The notes below the pieces were generated by a model that had not been told where the DNA came from, did not search any database, and saw nothing but the letters and a program-made list of their open reading frames with translations. A stretch of DNA of 63,612 nt, the filler included, from Lenisia limosa (lineage: Eukaryota; Protista; Breviatea), in assembly GCA_001655205.1 (NCBI GenBank). It is 15 parts of 15 records of this genome, joined end to end, with 100 filler letters (N's around TTAATTAATTAA, not from the genome) between each part and the next. Parts side by side here need not be neighbours in the genome. Positions count along the whole stretch, not along the records: positions 24,425 to 27,450 come from LPNZ01007308.1; positions 27,551 to 31,293 come from LPNZ01008564.1; positions 31,394 to 34,172 come from LPNZ01009658.1; positions 34,273 to 38,788 come from LPNZ01010985.1; 11 more parts are not named here. One strand, given 5' to 3'. Positions 24,425-36,802 of the stretch are shown here, piece after piece (within the stretch, counting starts at the first letter, position 1; every line of letters starts with the position of its first letter). The position numbers were made by a program, and so were the translations under genes.

Positions 24425-27400
24425 TCTTGATGTCCGACACTTCCGTTGCCGATGACACGTGCATTGAACGCATGTCTGTCAAATAGCCCTTCGGGTCCAC
24501 AACGGTCTGCCCAGTGACTTGGTCACCGGCCTTGTCAAGGTTCACGGAAAGCATCTGTTCACGTGCCTGTCCGACAGCCGTGAGGTTTTGCTCTAGAATG
24601 TCAAGACGTAAATGCCAAGTTCTGGAGGAAAACTAGAGGACTGTCACATTGTTATGACCATGTTCTCAGAATATCCCAATTTGGACTTGAAAGTGCTTTA
24701 TCCCCCCCCCCCCCNNNNNNNNNNNNNNNNNNNNNNNNNNNNNNNNNNNNNNNNNNNNNNNNNNNNNNNNNNNNNNNNNNNNNNNNNNNNNNNNNNNNNN
24801 NNNNNNNNNNNNNNNNNNNNNNNNNNNNNNNNNTCACAGCGTTTCTAAATGCATCCGTGGTTAGTAAGGCTCCGGACAATTTTTTGACAAAATTAATTTC
24901 AAAATTTGAAGTCGGACATAGTGCAACGAGAACCCTAGTTCAGACATTTTAATTTCTAATTTTGTAAATTAATTCTCTCAAAAAATTAATTGCACGGAGC
25001 CCTAGTGGTTAGGCATAAGGCGGAATCAAAAGAACACTGTATATTTTTTAACAACAGTCACTTAAAAAAGACAACCCAACCCTATTATTAGATGAGCCTG
25101 GCATTATCATCTTCAACCCCGTTCTGCATGTTATACAGCTAGTATCCCCATGTATTCTTTTGTATCCCGAGATTGTTATTTTAACAGTCTTTATCCGACT
25201 TTAGGGAAGTCCTACTTACTCAGATTAGGAAAACCCACCTTTTTCGTTTCACGTGAGTCGATGGTGTTGACTTTCTCCTTCTCCAGTCTTGCAGACTCGA
25301 GCAAATTGTCGGGAACCGCGGAGAACCTGGATGGTCAGAAGCAATGCTCCAAACTGTTTGATTTTTTTTTTGCAAAAGAAGAAGTCATTTCTCATTTGCA
25401 TTGTATCGAAATACTATTTACAACAACAACAATAATAATAATAAACAAAATGAAAAGAAAGAGAGAAAGAAGGAAACAAAGAAGGAAACAAAGAAGGAAA
25501 CAAAGAAGGAAAGAAAAAAGGGGAAAAGAGAGAGAAAGAGAGAGAAAGAGGCTTACACCCCCCACGATTCGTATTTGATTCGTTTGATGCTGCCATCGGA
25601 GGCGACGGGGATGTTGTTCCACTCAGTGTGGCTTACTAAAACGTAAGAAAAGACAAGAAGAAAAGACACAGGTCCAAGTCTAATGTTCACTCCGATTTTG
25701 AAAATGACCGAATTTCTCGATAAATCCTCGAAATATATCGATAATTTACCTTAATTTTGAAGAGTGAAGCCCTAATAATAACAAAATAGAAGACCCTTAA
25801 CACACCATCAGTCAGGTTTCTCTTGAGGTCAGAAAACTGGGCCTGGATGGTCTGTTCTTCTTCCATTTGTTTGAGGTCGGCAAGGCTCTCTTGCCCAGCA
25901 ATTTTGTTCTTGTTCTTCTGTAATAGTGAGCGAAACTGTCTCGTTTGCAAGATCGGTAAGTTTTAAGGAGATACTGTTAGGGCTTTCCTTCGATCCCTAA
26001 AAAGACTGAATTTCTCGTTGTACCAGTCTTTTTGGGACTGCAGGGAAGTCCTTGATATCATAGAGGAAAGCAACCTATTGACGATGGTTTGGTAGTTGTA
26101 GCATATTGTGAGATAAAATGCGTGAGAGAAAGGACACGCAGTACGCACTAATGTAGCATTCTAGAATAAGACAGAATAATGAACTTTTCATTTTTGAATC
26201 TTATAATTCTCGGATCTGTGTTCTACATAACCAACCAGCCGCTTCTTAGTGTCCATGTACTCGTCAATAGCCTCGTAAATACTGTCTGCTTCCTTGTCGT
26301 CGGTATCGTAGCTACGAGGTTAGACTATAACTCCCAATTAGTGCTTCGCTTCCATTCGAAAAAGACTGAATGTCTCGATAAATCCTCAAAAATTATCGAT
26401 ATTTTGTCTTGTTCGAACCGAAATGAAGCCCTACTCACAATGAATTACATAAAATTTTTTGGCTCCACTCCAGTACCAAAAAGACCGACAAAATATCGTT
26501 AATTATCGAGGACTATCAAGAAGTCAGTAATATTTGTTATCGAAGTGAAGCCCTACATACACTCTGTCATCTCAAATTTTGATCCCTTATCATTGCTATA
26601 ATAGCTTCGTGGTAGGCTTGGGAAGAGTTATGTAGAATATTTATTATGTGTGCATACAAGGGGCTTGACTGCAATAAGTGAATTGCATCCTATTAGAAAA
26701 GTGACTCACTCCCCCCCTCCAACAACGCCAACATTTTTGAGTGGAAAAGTGACCCCCCCCCCNNNNNNNNNNNNNNNNNNNNNNNNNNNNNNNNNNNNNN
26801 NNNNNNNNNNNNNNNNNNNNNNNNNNNNNNNNNNNNNNTTTTGAGTGGAAAAGGGACTTGGCGTCATCGAGACTGGTGATTTCACGTCCGTCCTGATCCA
26901 TGCCCAAACCCTGCTGCTCGGCGAGTTTCCTTTCATTCTTCTCCTGGAAGGCTCTGCAAAGGGTCAGGAAAAGAGAAGTAATAGAAGGTTGGCTCTGATT
27001 GCAAGCTAATAGTATTCTATTATAATAATATTAGAAGATGCAATATGCCCTCGAGATTTTTCGAAAATTATCCATTTTCGGGGTGAATGAAAGCGTGTTT
27101 AATTTCTCATCTCTATATAGTATCTCATATATCAAATACATATGTATTCTGACACTGAGTTACCAAGTAATATAGCTATAAATGAGAAAAAAAAAAACAA
27201 GGTTGTATCTGGCAGAAGCCATTCACACCATCACGCTTACAGGAGATAGTGGTTATAGTGCTATACTAATTCAATTCATCATTTGCCTAAATACATACAA
27301 GATGATATGATATAGTTCTAGGATGTGCAATAAAATGGTTGCATTTGGCCAAAGCCATCGACATCAGGGAGGGACTAGATCCAACCTTTTCCATTTGTCT

Positions 27401-27450
27401 CCACGTCCTCCACCATCAAGACCAGAACCGTCAATATTGGCACTAATGGA
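24425..27450 (-). CDS. PRPF6: Pre-mRNA splicing factor PRP6/Prp1, N-terminal part; both ends truncated or uncertain
   Basis: SYDTDDKEADSIYEAIDEYMDTKKR; EQTIQAQFSDLKRNL; TEWNNIPVASDG; FSAVPDNLL; DQVTGQTVVDPKGYLTDMRSM..DIK. Matches PRPF6 (DDEEADAIY; IQQQFSDLKRKL; SGQTVVDPKGYLTDL). Confidence 0.9.
24865..25004. mobile_element. Family F MITE (140 bp) with a perfect 8-bp TSD, in a PRPF6 intron
   Basis: TIRs TAAGGCTCCGGACA...TGCACGGAGCCCTA, flanked by GTGGTTAG at 24857-24864 and 25005-25012. Related ends at ~19430 and ~29073. Confidence 0.88.
26339..26433. mobile_element. Family A MITE (95 bp) with 8-bp TSD (7/8 match)
   Basis: TAGTGCTTCGCTTCCATTCGAAAAAGACTGAA..CGATAAATCCTC..TTCGAACCGAAATGAAGCCCTA, flanked by CTCCCAAT / CTCACAAT. 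Confidence 0.85.
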
Positions 27451-27689
27451 NNNNNNNNNNNNNNNNNNNNNNNNNNNNNNNNNNNNNNNNNNNNTTAATT
27501 AATTAANNNNNNNNNNNNNNNNNNNNNNNNNNNNNNNNNNNNNNNNNNNNGGGGGGGGGTAAAACAAAAGAAATTTCGATGAAGAAGCGTAAAGATACTA
27601 ATCACAGACCGGGTAATCTAAAACACCAAACAACGTGTTATCTCAGGGTTTTGTTTCTCTCTTTTGTCAATTTGTGCAAAAAATGTTTT

Positions 27690-30445
27690 TACCCCCCCTC
27701 AACCTTGGCAATGACTTCAGTATCTGTGTCACTTTCAAAGACATGGTGTTTCTTTTCCTGGAGCGTAAAAGGGGGTCTTGTACATATGGATTTAAAAATA
27801 CTGAAGTCTACACAAACTCACCAACAAACTCACCAACAACCATCTTACCTCCACCGCTTATCCTTCCCTCCCAAAGCCAACAGCATCCCCTCCCCCAACC
27901 ACCACCACAATCAGACATCTAGTCATCTACTTACCTATCCAATCAAACAATAATAAAACATGAACTCCCAAAAAACAAAAAAAACATACAAAAACTNNNN
28001 NNNNNNNNNNNNNNNNNNNNNNNNNNNNNNNNNNNNNNNNNNNNNNNNNNNNNNNNNNNNNNNNNNNNNNNNNNNNNNNNNNNNNNNNNNNNNNNNNNNN
28101 NNNNNNNNNNNNNNNNNNNNNNNNNNNNNNNNNNNNNNNNNNNNNNNNNNNNNNNNNNNNNNNNNNNNNNNNNNNGACAATTACGAAGGAAGTGGAAGCG
28201 TCGCTACTATGGGGATGCGCGTTGACCTGATGTGTAACGGATTTAGAAAATGACTGACTCATTATTATCGAGCTTGACGAAAGAACGGAATAATATACTG
28301 AGGGCATTAACATTATACCCAACAGTTACCCCCCCCCCCCCNNNNNNNNNNNNNNNNNNNNNNNNNNNNNNNNNNNNNNNNNNNNNNNNNNNNNNNNNNN
28401 NNNNNNNNNNNNNNNNNNNNNNNNNNNNNNNNNNNNNNNNNNNNNNNNNNNNNNNNNNNNNNNNNNNNNNNNNNNNNNNNNNNNNNNNNNNNNNNNNNNN
28501 NNNNNNNNNNNNNNNNNNNNNNNNNNNNNATGCAAAAAAATGGTGGGAGGAACCTGTGTGGAATTAAAAATGATTTGGAATTAAAAAGAACCTGTGGAAT
28601 GAAAAATGATTGGAAATATTGTCTGTTATGTAGTATAAACGACTTTCGACTCGATAAGAGGTTATAACTGAGTTGAGAATAATTTATACTTGTGAAAATG
28701 ACTTAACAAGTGTTAACCCATATCCACTAGTGATATGACCATATGACCGACTTTCGAGGCGAAATGATGAACGAAGATACACGAGGGTTTATCCCGAGTG
28801 TGTCAGAGTATCATTGAGACTTGTCGGTCAATTATCATACGAGTGAATGAGGTGTGAAAATGATCTAAAAAGTGATATGATAATAGAAAGTATTAACTCC
28901 AGAGGAATTTTTGCGGTTTCAGTGGAGGAATTATTTAACAAAATCTGTCAGGTTACTGTAATTGATAAATGATTTAATACGTGTTAGTGTGTAGAAATGA
29001 TTATGTGGTCATTTATATCATCACTATAATAAAATTGATCTATCCATCATATGTTTTACAACTCCATACACAAGGCTCCGATTGATGAATTAATTGTTAA
29101 TATCAGCGTGGAATATTGTGACAATTTTGCTGCTCTGTTTCGGATGAATTGTTAATTGTTAATTCATTGCAGTGGACTTGGTTCCACAATGATTCATATT
29201 CATAGACCGTAAGACGAGAAGCTTTCATTTAGAACCAAAAAAGGGAATGTACAGAATGTCATACCTCTTCCATTGTACCCCATAATTAATAATGTATTTA
29301 TATGTACGATCAATGGTAGAGAATAACACACACGTGTACACGACGTACCTGGGTGGTGGGCAGGAGAGGACGAGAGGCGTCAACGCGAAGTTTTAGAGCG
29401 TCAATATTACCCACAGACTGTCTTTGGTGAAATAATGTTCAACAAACGTTGTGATGCTTAAATTTAACGGAGAACAAAAAGGAGCAAGCGAGGCATGCGA
29501 AAAGTAAAACGTGATAATCGACCCCCCCCCCCNNNNNNNNNNNNNNNNNNNNNNNNNNNNNNNNNNNNNNNNNNNNNNNNNNNNNNNNNGGAATCGTAAT
29601 TTTAATCTAAATGTAGCAACAATCTTACAATTTTGGAGAAAGTATACCCCAGACCTTGATAATCAGGGGGATGCGTTGTCCACGCGCGTCGGTATCCGGG
29701 CCATCAATGCATACTCCTGCACTGTCGTATCTGGGGGGTGGGGGGTAAGGTACTAATCACGAACCGAATTATCTGAAACTCCAAATAAACAAAAAAAAAA
29801 CCTGGGGGGGATACGGACATCGGAAAAAATGCAAAGCTAAAAATAGCTAACTATGTGATATGGGGGGAGGGGGGTGTAACATAAGATTGTTTTGAAAAAC
29901 AAAAGAGAGGANNNNNNNNNNAGGTACGTATGGAAAATGGGAACGATTATGATTAAAAATGAACCCAAAAGCAACAACGGTGAGATGAGTCAATAATGTT
30001 CTCTGTGACATAAAAGGTTGTAGATGAAGGGCCTATTATGATCAAAACAGGAAGATTGAGGTAAGAAACACAACTCCTCACCCGTTATTCATATCATTGC
30101 AATAAAAGTCAACCAGTTAAGAATTACATTTATCAAATGTGGAGTTTTCACACGTGTTTCCTAAAACTGAAACACCCGAAATGTTGATCCCTTCAGAGAA
30201 AGGGAAACAAGCCAGATTCGATTTTTGAAGAATGGTTCAAATCCCAACACCATAGCCCATAAATTTCACATTCATACCCTCTGTATTCAAGCTTGCGGAG
30301 ACCCTCAACGCAGAGATCTGCAGCCTCTGAGCTGGAACAAGGAACTCCGTAGCAACAATATCCAAAAATACCTGCAGAACATTATGATTCACGTAATAGT
30401 GTAAACATTAAGGAGGAAAAGAAGACCGTGGGGCTCACCACACAT
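27690..30445 (-). CDS. GFPT1: Glutamine:fructose-6-phosphate amidotransferase (GFAT), N-terminal glutaminase domain; 3' truncated
   Basis: MC|GIFGYCCYGVP..LCVEGLRKLEYRG; QVNAHPHSSDASTSFVIV; HVFESDTDTEVIAK. Matches GFAT (MCGIFAY..GLQRLEYRGYDSAG; NSHPQRSD; FESETDTETIAK). Confidence 0.88.
28620..29100. repeat. Family D long repeat (copy 2), inside a GFAT intron
   Basis: GAAATGATGAACGAAGATACACGAGGGTTTATCCCGAGTGTGTCAGAGTATCATT is the near-exact reverse complement of 59940-59996. Confidence 0.7.
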
Positions 30446-30729
30446 CTTCTTTCAAGAAGCTCGCCGATTATAAGTGGTTCTAGTTTCCTGTCCTCCTTCA
30501 ATTCAAAATAATAATACTAATAATGAAATAATACTCACTTCAAATGCGTAAAAGCAGTTTTTCAAAATATTTAGATTGTTATTTTAACTAAATTTAACTA
30601 AAGTAGTTTTGCTTTTTCACCTAAAAAAACAGCTGAGAAACACAGTTTAACGTTCAGCTTTTGATAGGTATATTCTAGTTGTTGTCTTTAAGCTGTTGAA
30701 GAAAACCCGGAGTCGGGATATTTGCCAAG

Positions 30730-31130
30730 ATGGAGAAGCAGTGGACCCCTTTCCACAAGTTCGGCGTTGCTCTATACCCCTTTTGTGAAGATGGAAAATA
30801 CCACACCAAGCTTTCCGTCGGGAACGAGGTCGAGGTCTTCGAACAGGTTTGCTGCTTGTTTGTTGATCGTGTTCTTGTTAATTGTGAGGGATTTTCCCCC
30901 CAACATAAAGGTGGTTCTGTGTTGTCAAACTAATTTACATTGCTACTCTCGGTTTCCACCATGTAATCATGTTCCATTTTTCGTTGATCATGTTGTAGTT
31001 TGAAGGATGGGCAAAGGGAATCAATCTTGACACCAACGAAAAGGGAGTGTTCCCCATCAGCTACGTCAATTTGAGAGAATCCTTCCGTTATTCTGACGAG
31101 GAGGATGCACAGACTACTACTGGGTTTGTT
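30730..31130 (+). CDS. N-terminal SH3 domain of a DOCK1-5-type Rac GEF; truncated, head-to-head with GFAT
   Basis: MEKQWTPFHKFGVALYPFCEDGKYHTKLSVGNEVEVFEQ|FEGWAKGINLDTNEKGVFPISYVNLRE resembles DOCK1 (W.P...KYGVAFYNY..GWYRG..KGIFPASYIHLKE). Confidence 0.65.
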
Positions 31131-31429
31131 GGGAGAATGCTGGGGAGGCACGCAGAAAGCTGTGTACACAGAGATGTCAGGCAAATGATTGGGTGAAAAT
31201 AATATTATACTATAATCCAATTTCCCGTATAAGCTTGATGATGTGGACGGCTTCGGCCAGATATAGCCTTAATTTCTTATTGCTATATTGTATNNNNNNN
31301 NNNNNNNNNNNNNNNNNNNNNNNNNNNNNNNNNNNNNTTAATTAATTAANNNNNNNNNNNNNNNNNNNNNNNNNNNNNNNNNNNNNNNNNNNNAATAAGC
31401 CTCGTTACCCCATACTTGCCATCTCTTCC

Positions 31430-33740
31430 CCCATGCCCCATACTTGCCATTGAGCCTCTTGTCGCATTCGTGCTCAGCGTCTACCAGAACCTCGTAACAG
31501 GCCAACATGTGGGTCTAAAGGGTGAACTGGTTGAATTCTCATCTAAAACAACTTCTCAGCAATTGCATAAAATCAAAAGAGAATACTACAGGAGTTTTAC
31601 TTCGTTAGAACACAAAATAAATTCTCAAAAAACCCTCAAAAACTATCGATATTTATCCCAACTAAAGCCCTTCCTTCACCTCAAAGTCGCGGTGGAGGTC
31701 GGCATATCTCGAGGTGTCCCTCTGGTTGTTCGGGTTCAGGNNNNNNNNNNNNNNNNNNNNNNNNNNNNNNNNNNNNNNNNNNNNNNNNNNNNNNNNNNNN
31801 NNNNNNNNNNNNNNNNNNNNNNNNNNNNNNNNNNNNNNNNNNNNNNNNNNNNNNNNNNNNNNNNNNNNNNNNNNNNNNNNNNNNNNNNNNNNNNNNNNNN
31901 NNNNNNNNNNNNNNNNNNNNNNNNNNGAATTCTATCATATTGGCTTTTTTAGTTCATAAAATGCCCCCAACATTGATGATGGCGAGAAGAGGGTCAATGT
32001 GGTCCTGAACAACGTTGTCGAGAGAGGTGATCATTTCGTCGCCGGCTGTGGCTGCAAAGAGGGTGAGGGGGGGGGGGGNNNNNNNNNNNNNNNNNNNNNN
32101 NNNNNNNNNNNNNNNNNNNNNNNNNNNNNNNNNNNNNNNNNNNNNNNNNNNNNNNNNNNNNNNNNNNNNNNNNNNNNNNNNNNNNNNNNNNNNNNNNNNN
32201 NNNNNNNNNNNNNNNNNNNTGTCGTTTTTTGAACTGAAGTGAAGCCCTAGTTATATTACAAAACCGCCCAAACCATCCCACACCCACACTATTCAGAGAA
32301 GATATCAATGTATGACAATCATCACCCCACCCCCACTGTTCATGGAACTCGCGACGGATGATGTGTCATTGGCAGAGGCTAAAAATAGGTGACAAGTTGG
32401 AACCCCTGCAGTTATTTCCAGAGCTCCATTTCAGACACATTAAAAGTATGTCAAGTAATTACGAATATTATTATTGCATGTGAACCAGATGAAAAAGGAC
32501 AGCTTTGTCTAAATAAGTCTATTGCTGGCTGCATTGAGCTTGACTAAAAAAAAAACACAGAAAAGTTATAATAGCGGCCCTATTTACCCTCCCACTAGCG
32601 GCCCTATTTACCCTCCCACTAGCGGCCTGCATGGTGTTGTTCAGTTCGGGTTTGCGGAGCTGGGGAAGAGTACAGAGGTGGCGGAAGTTAGAGAATGCGC
32701 TTGTGGGGATGATGAGGTCTTCTCCTGAATCGTGATTGTGGTAAATGATACAGTGAAGCGATGCAATCGTGATTTTAGTGCAAGACTGGGTGCGAGCCTA
32801 AAAAAGAACGGTGTTTTGAGGATCTATCAAAATTCTGCAGTTGTTCGGACAAACGTGAAGCCAGACGATATGTAATGTATATGTAGGTATGTAGGTACTA
32901 TGTACAGGACATACTGCGGGCGAGGACTTTTCTTAATCCCACCCTTCAAATTAGTTAGGGCTAGAGTCCTAACTAATTTAGACAAATGGTTGGCTGAATC
33001 AATATTATACTAATGTCAAATATCTCTTATAAGCGTGAAGGTTTGAATGGCTTCCAGATACAGCCTTGTTTTATTTCTCATCTCTAACTATATTTTTCAT
33101 AATAGCACCCGGGGCCTACCGCCGGTGTCTGATGAGGTTTCCCTGTTCGCAAGGAGGTCAATTTGTCTGAATTGTTAGGAAGATGAACAGAGTGATGAAC
33201 ATGATCTCCATCCTATCCACAGTGACCAGGATAAGTCTTGACCGATTTGCTTTTTGATTTCCCAAGGCAAATCGGTCAAGACTGTACATTGTGACATTCT
33301 TACCCCTCCCCCCCTGTTTTGTTNNNNNNNNNNNNNNNNNNNNNNNNNNNNNNNNNNNNNNNNNNNNNNNNNNNNNNNNNNNNNNNNNNNNNNNNNNNNN
33401 NNNNNNNNNNNNNNNNNNNNNNNNNNNNNNNNNNNNNNNNNNNNNNNNNNNNNNNNNNNNNNNNNNNNNNNNNNNNNNNNNNNNNNNNNNNNNNNNNNNN
33501 NNNNNNNNNNNNNNNNNNNNNNNNNNNNNNNNNNNCGGTTATAGATGTTATTTATAATTCATAGTTAGAGAGGTGTGCATAAATCAATACCCTCGCACCT
33601 CGTATGGCATATCGAACCAGTTAGGCATGGTGTAGAGGTCCAGGTTGGATTTAACCAGGCCGTCAATCCAGTCCTGGGAGGAGGGTAAGGAATTTGTGCG
33701 AATCAACCCGCAAAGGCTGGGTGGATGGTTAGAATGACGN
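31430..33740 (-). CDS. Multi-exon gene fragment of unknown function
   Basis: Clean AG/GT-bounded exons with C-ending codons: DWIDGLVKSNLDLYTMPNWFDMPYE (~33600-33675), ATAGDEMITSLDNVVQDHIDPLLAIIN (~31970-32050), LNPNNQRDTSRYADLHRDFE (~31680-31740). Confidence 0.45.
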
Positions 33741-34439
33741 NNNNNNNNNNNNNNNNNNNNNNNNNNNNNNNNNNNNNNNNNNNNNNNNNNNNNNNNNNNN
33801 NNNNNNNNNNNNNNNNNNNNNNNNNNNNNNNNNNNNNNNNNNNNNNNNNNNNNNNNNNNNNNNNNNNNNNNNNNNNNNNNNNNNNNNNNNNNNNNNNNNN
33901 NNNNNNNNNNNNNNNNNNNNNNNNNNNNNNNNNNNNNNNNNNNNNNNNNNNNNNNNNNNNNNNNNNNNNNNNNNNNNNNNNNNNNNNNNNNNNNNNNNNN
34001 NNNNNNNNNNNNNAAAACGACTTTTAGCTTGGCATTTGACACGACAGGATTTATAAAGACATTGGTCATGTTAAGCTCTGGTGATTTCCTTCAGAAATCG
34101 GTCAAGACTTACATGATCACCATAAGGGGGATGCTAATTGGTTTAATATAGCCTTGTATAATCATTTCAACANNNNNNNNNNNNNNNNNNNNNNNNNNNN
34201 NNNNNNNNNNNNNNNNTTAATTAATTAANNNNNNNNNNNNNNNNNNNNNNNNNNNNNNNNNNNNNNNNNNNNTATATGATATATTTGATATACTATATGA
34301 TATATTATGATAAAAATGAGAAACTCCATTCCAACACATACAGAAGATAATGTTAATTCACAGCACCTAACAAAGACACTAAAAGAGGTAATAATCAACA
34401 TTTCACAGTAATAATTATGTTCAATAACACAACCACACT

Positions 34440-35400
34440 AACCTTGGTCTGGTGTCGGCTGAATTAAGCGACTCTGTTTTTAGAGCCAAGAAATGCACTT
34501 CTATTCAAACCGATAAATCAATGAGTTATGGGGCAGATTTAGCTTCAAAAATAGCCAAACAAAAAAAATAAGAGGGTTAAACATCCAAACCTTTCTTAAA
34601 GAGGTGTTGAGTAATAACAAAAACTGGGAAAAGGAAATGAACTGGACTCTGAACCGAACTTTAGAAAGAATTTAACTCTTATTATATTTTCCATTTCTGA
34701 GTCAAAAGTACGATAACCTTTTTTAGAAGAACCTGTGATGGGTCAAAAATCAAAACCGACACGATATCTATAAATTGACACGGTTTTGGCACATCAGATA
34801 ATATGACTATATGATCGGAAGTTCAAAACAAAAAATATCTTTGTTCAAAAACATGCACTACCTGTTGGTGATTGTGGATTGCTTCTCTGATGATAAGTCG
34901 GTCCTAATTAGAGTAATCGATTGAATTGTTTTTACTCAATTTCGATAAAGACAGTGTGTGGATAAAAAAAAACATGAGCAAAAATAAATATTATACATAC
35001 TATCATAGTATACAATATGATACTCATAAAATGTATTTGAGCTGTAGCAATTTAATGAAATTCACGAAACCAACTTTTGATCTTCTTAAAGAGGCAGAAC
35101 AACCCGAAACAGGGCACTTTCCGTTCTTGAAGATGCCTCCATCAACCTCATCCATATTGTTGCATTTGATGTGAAATAAACCTCATTGTACCTACCAAGG
35201 CCAGCGACTATAGATGATTCAAAAAGTGGAGCTGAATAGTTAGAATAATAAACAGAGTAAAAGCAGAGCTGGAGAGAATAAACACCCACCATCGGAACAC
35301 AGATTATCAACCCCATGACCTTCACAGTGCTTCGAAAAAGATGATTTGGAGGAAATCAAGACTCCACAAGCTCCGATAACAAAAAACACATAAAGAAACA
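34440..35400 (-). CDS. Possible AT-rich spliced gene with a RING-like Cys motif (weak MAT1/Tfb3 resemblance)
   Basis: Frame reading FHIKCNNMDEVDGGIFKNGKCPVSGCSASLRRSK at ~35070-35175. Downstream MAT1 motifs not found. Confidence 0.25.
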
Positions 35401-35593
35401 AACAATATTTGTAGTAAGAACATGTATTTCGAATATTAATCTCGTATACGATGATAGGTAGCAAAATGGTAACTTCAACATTTGACAATATGGAAGAGAG
35501 AGCATGTGTACATTTAAAGTATATTTCATAGCTCAAAAAAAGTAAAAAAAACACAATTTAATTGTATCTAATATGTATAATATATATACATAA

Positions 35594-35670
35594 AGTGACT
35601 GGGATAAGTGTTGACCGATATTTCTTGGAAAATCAGAGAGCAAATCGGTCAAGACTTAAACCGGTCACTA
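35594..35670. mobile_element. Family E inverted-repeat element (full copy)
   Basis: AGTGACTGGGATAAGTGTTGACCGAT...AGCAAATCGGTCAAGACTTAAACCGGTCACT; about 25-bp imperfect terminal inverted repeats. Confidence 0.7.
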
Positions 35671-36802
35671 CATATTTGCATATATAGTATATATTATATA
35701 CACTATCAACATAATACACTTTTGACATATGTAAAATACCATGGGAGATAATGGAAATAATCTTTTAACTTACATATTTCTTTGGAGTTTTGTTGGGCAA
35801 GTTGTTGCATCCTAAATGATATTATTTGAAACGTGTATTACCATGAAACACCAAGCAAATGAACTTAAACTCTCAATCTAAACAAAGATATTCACTACTA
35901 GCTGCTTTTTTCGATTGAGCGCAATTGTGCCAGCTGTGTTTTTATTTGTCAATATCGGCATATTTCGATCTAATTTTCGAAGTGAGATTTACGAATTTAG
36001 ACGATTTTCAAAAAATATTGAGTGAATTCCGAGTGCACCAGGTGCGTGTGAATTTGGTCCATGCCCCCCGTGGCCCGTGGTGTCTTGGTGAAGGCCCGAT
36101 CATAGGAGGGTGCGGCGGCGGGAGATAAATGATTTTGATGGCTAATTTTCAGAGTTGATGGTCATAATAAAGAATTTTCTTGTGCCACTTTTTAAAATGT
36201 TATATCATGACTAAAAGTGTTATTGTTTCTTGGCGTCAAGTTTTGGAATCCAAAAAAGGTGACTTGGGATTGATGAATGACGCGTCATTGTTTTCCGGAA
36301 TTTATGCCGCTAACACAACATTTACATCTGTTTATTTGATATCGTAAGGAGAAGAGCGCTGAAGGCGAGATTTAGCACTGTTTTTCCCTGTGATTCTGAC
36401 TGTGTTTCCTCTCGGTCTTATCTATCTATATCGAGTATTATTATTCTGAATAATTATGTTATATGCCGTTCACTTTTAGAACAACTTGATTTCATTAAAA
36501 CCTACCACTATTATTCTCCTAACAGTTTCAGAAGACGTACCTTGAAGCGGAGAGAAGGTTCAGACTTGCATTTTTTTCTGAAGATTCCCTTTTATATGAT
36601 ATATTATATCGAATATTTCTCGATTTGACTCGATTTTGACATTTTGATGGTGATTCAATTCCGATGAAAAAAATATATACGAAATTAGGCTTTGCCACCC
36701 CCTATGACCGGGCCTGGTGTTTAGGATTAGGGAACCATTGACATTGAGGACAAGTTTAGGGAGAGTTTAGGGAGAGTTTAGGACAAGTGGAGAAGCGGAA
36801 TC

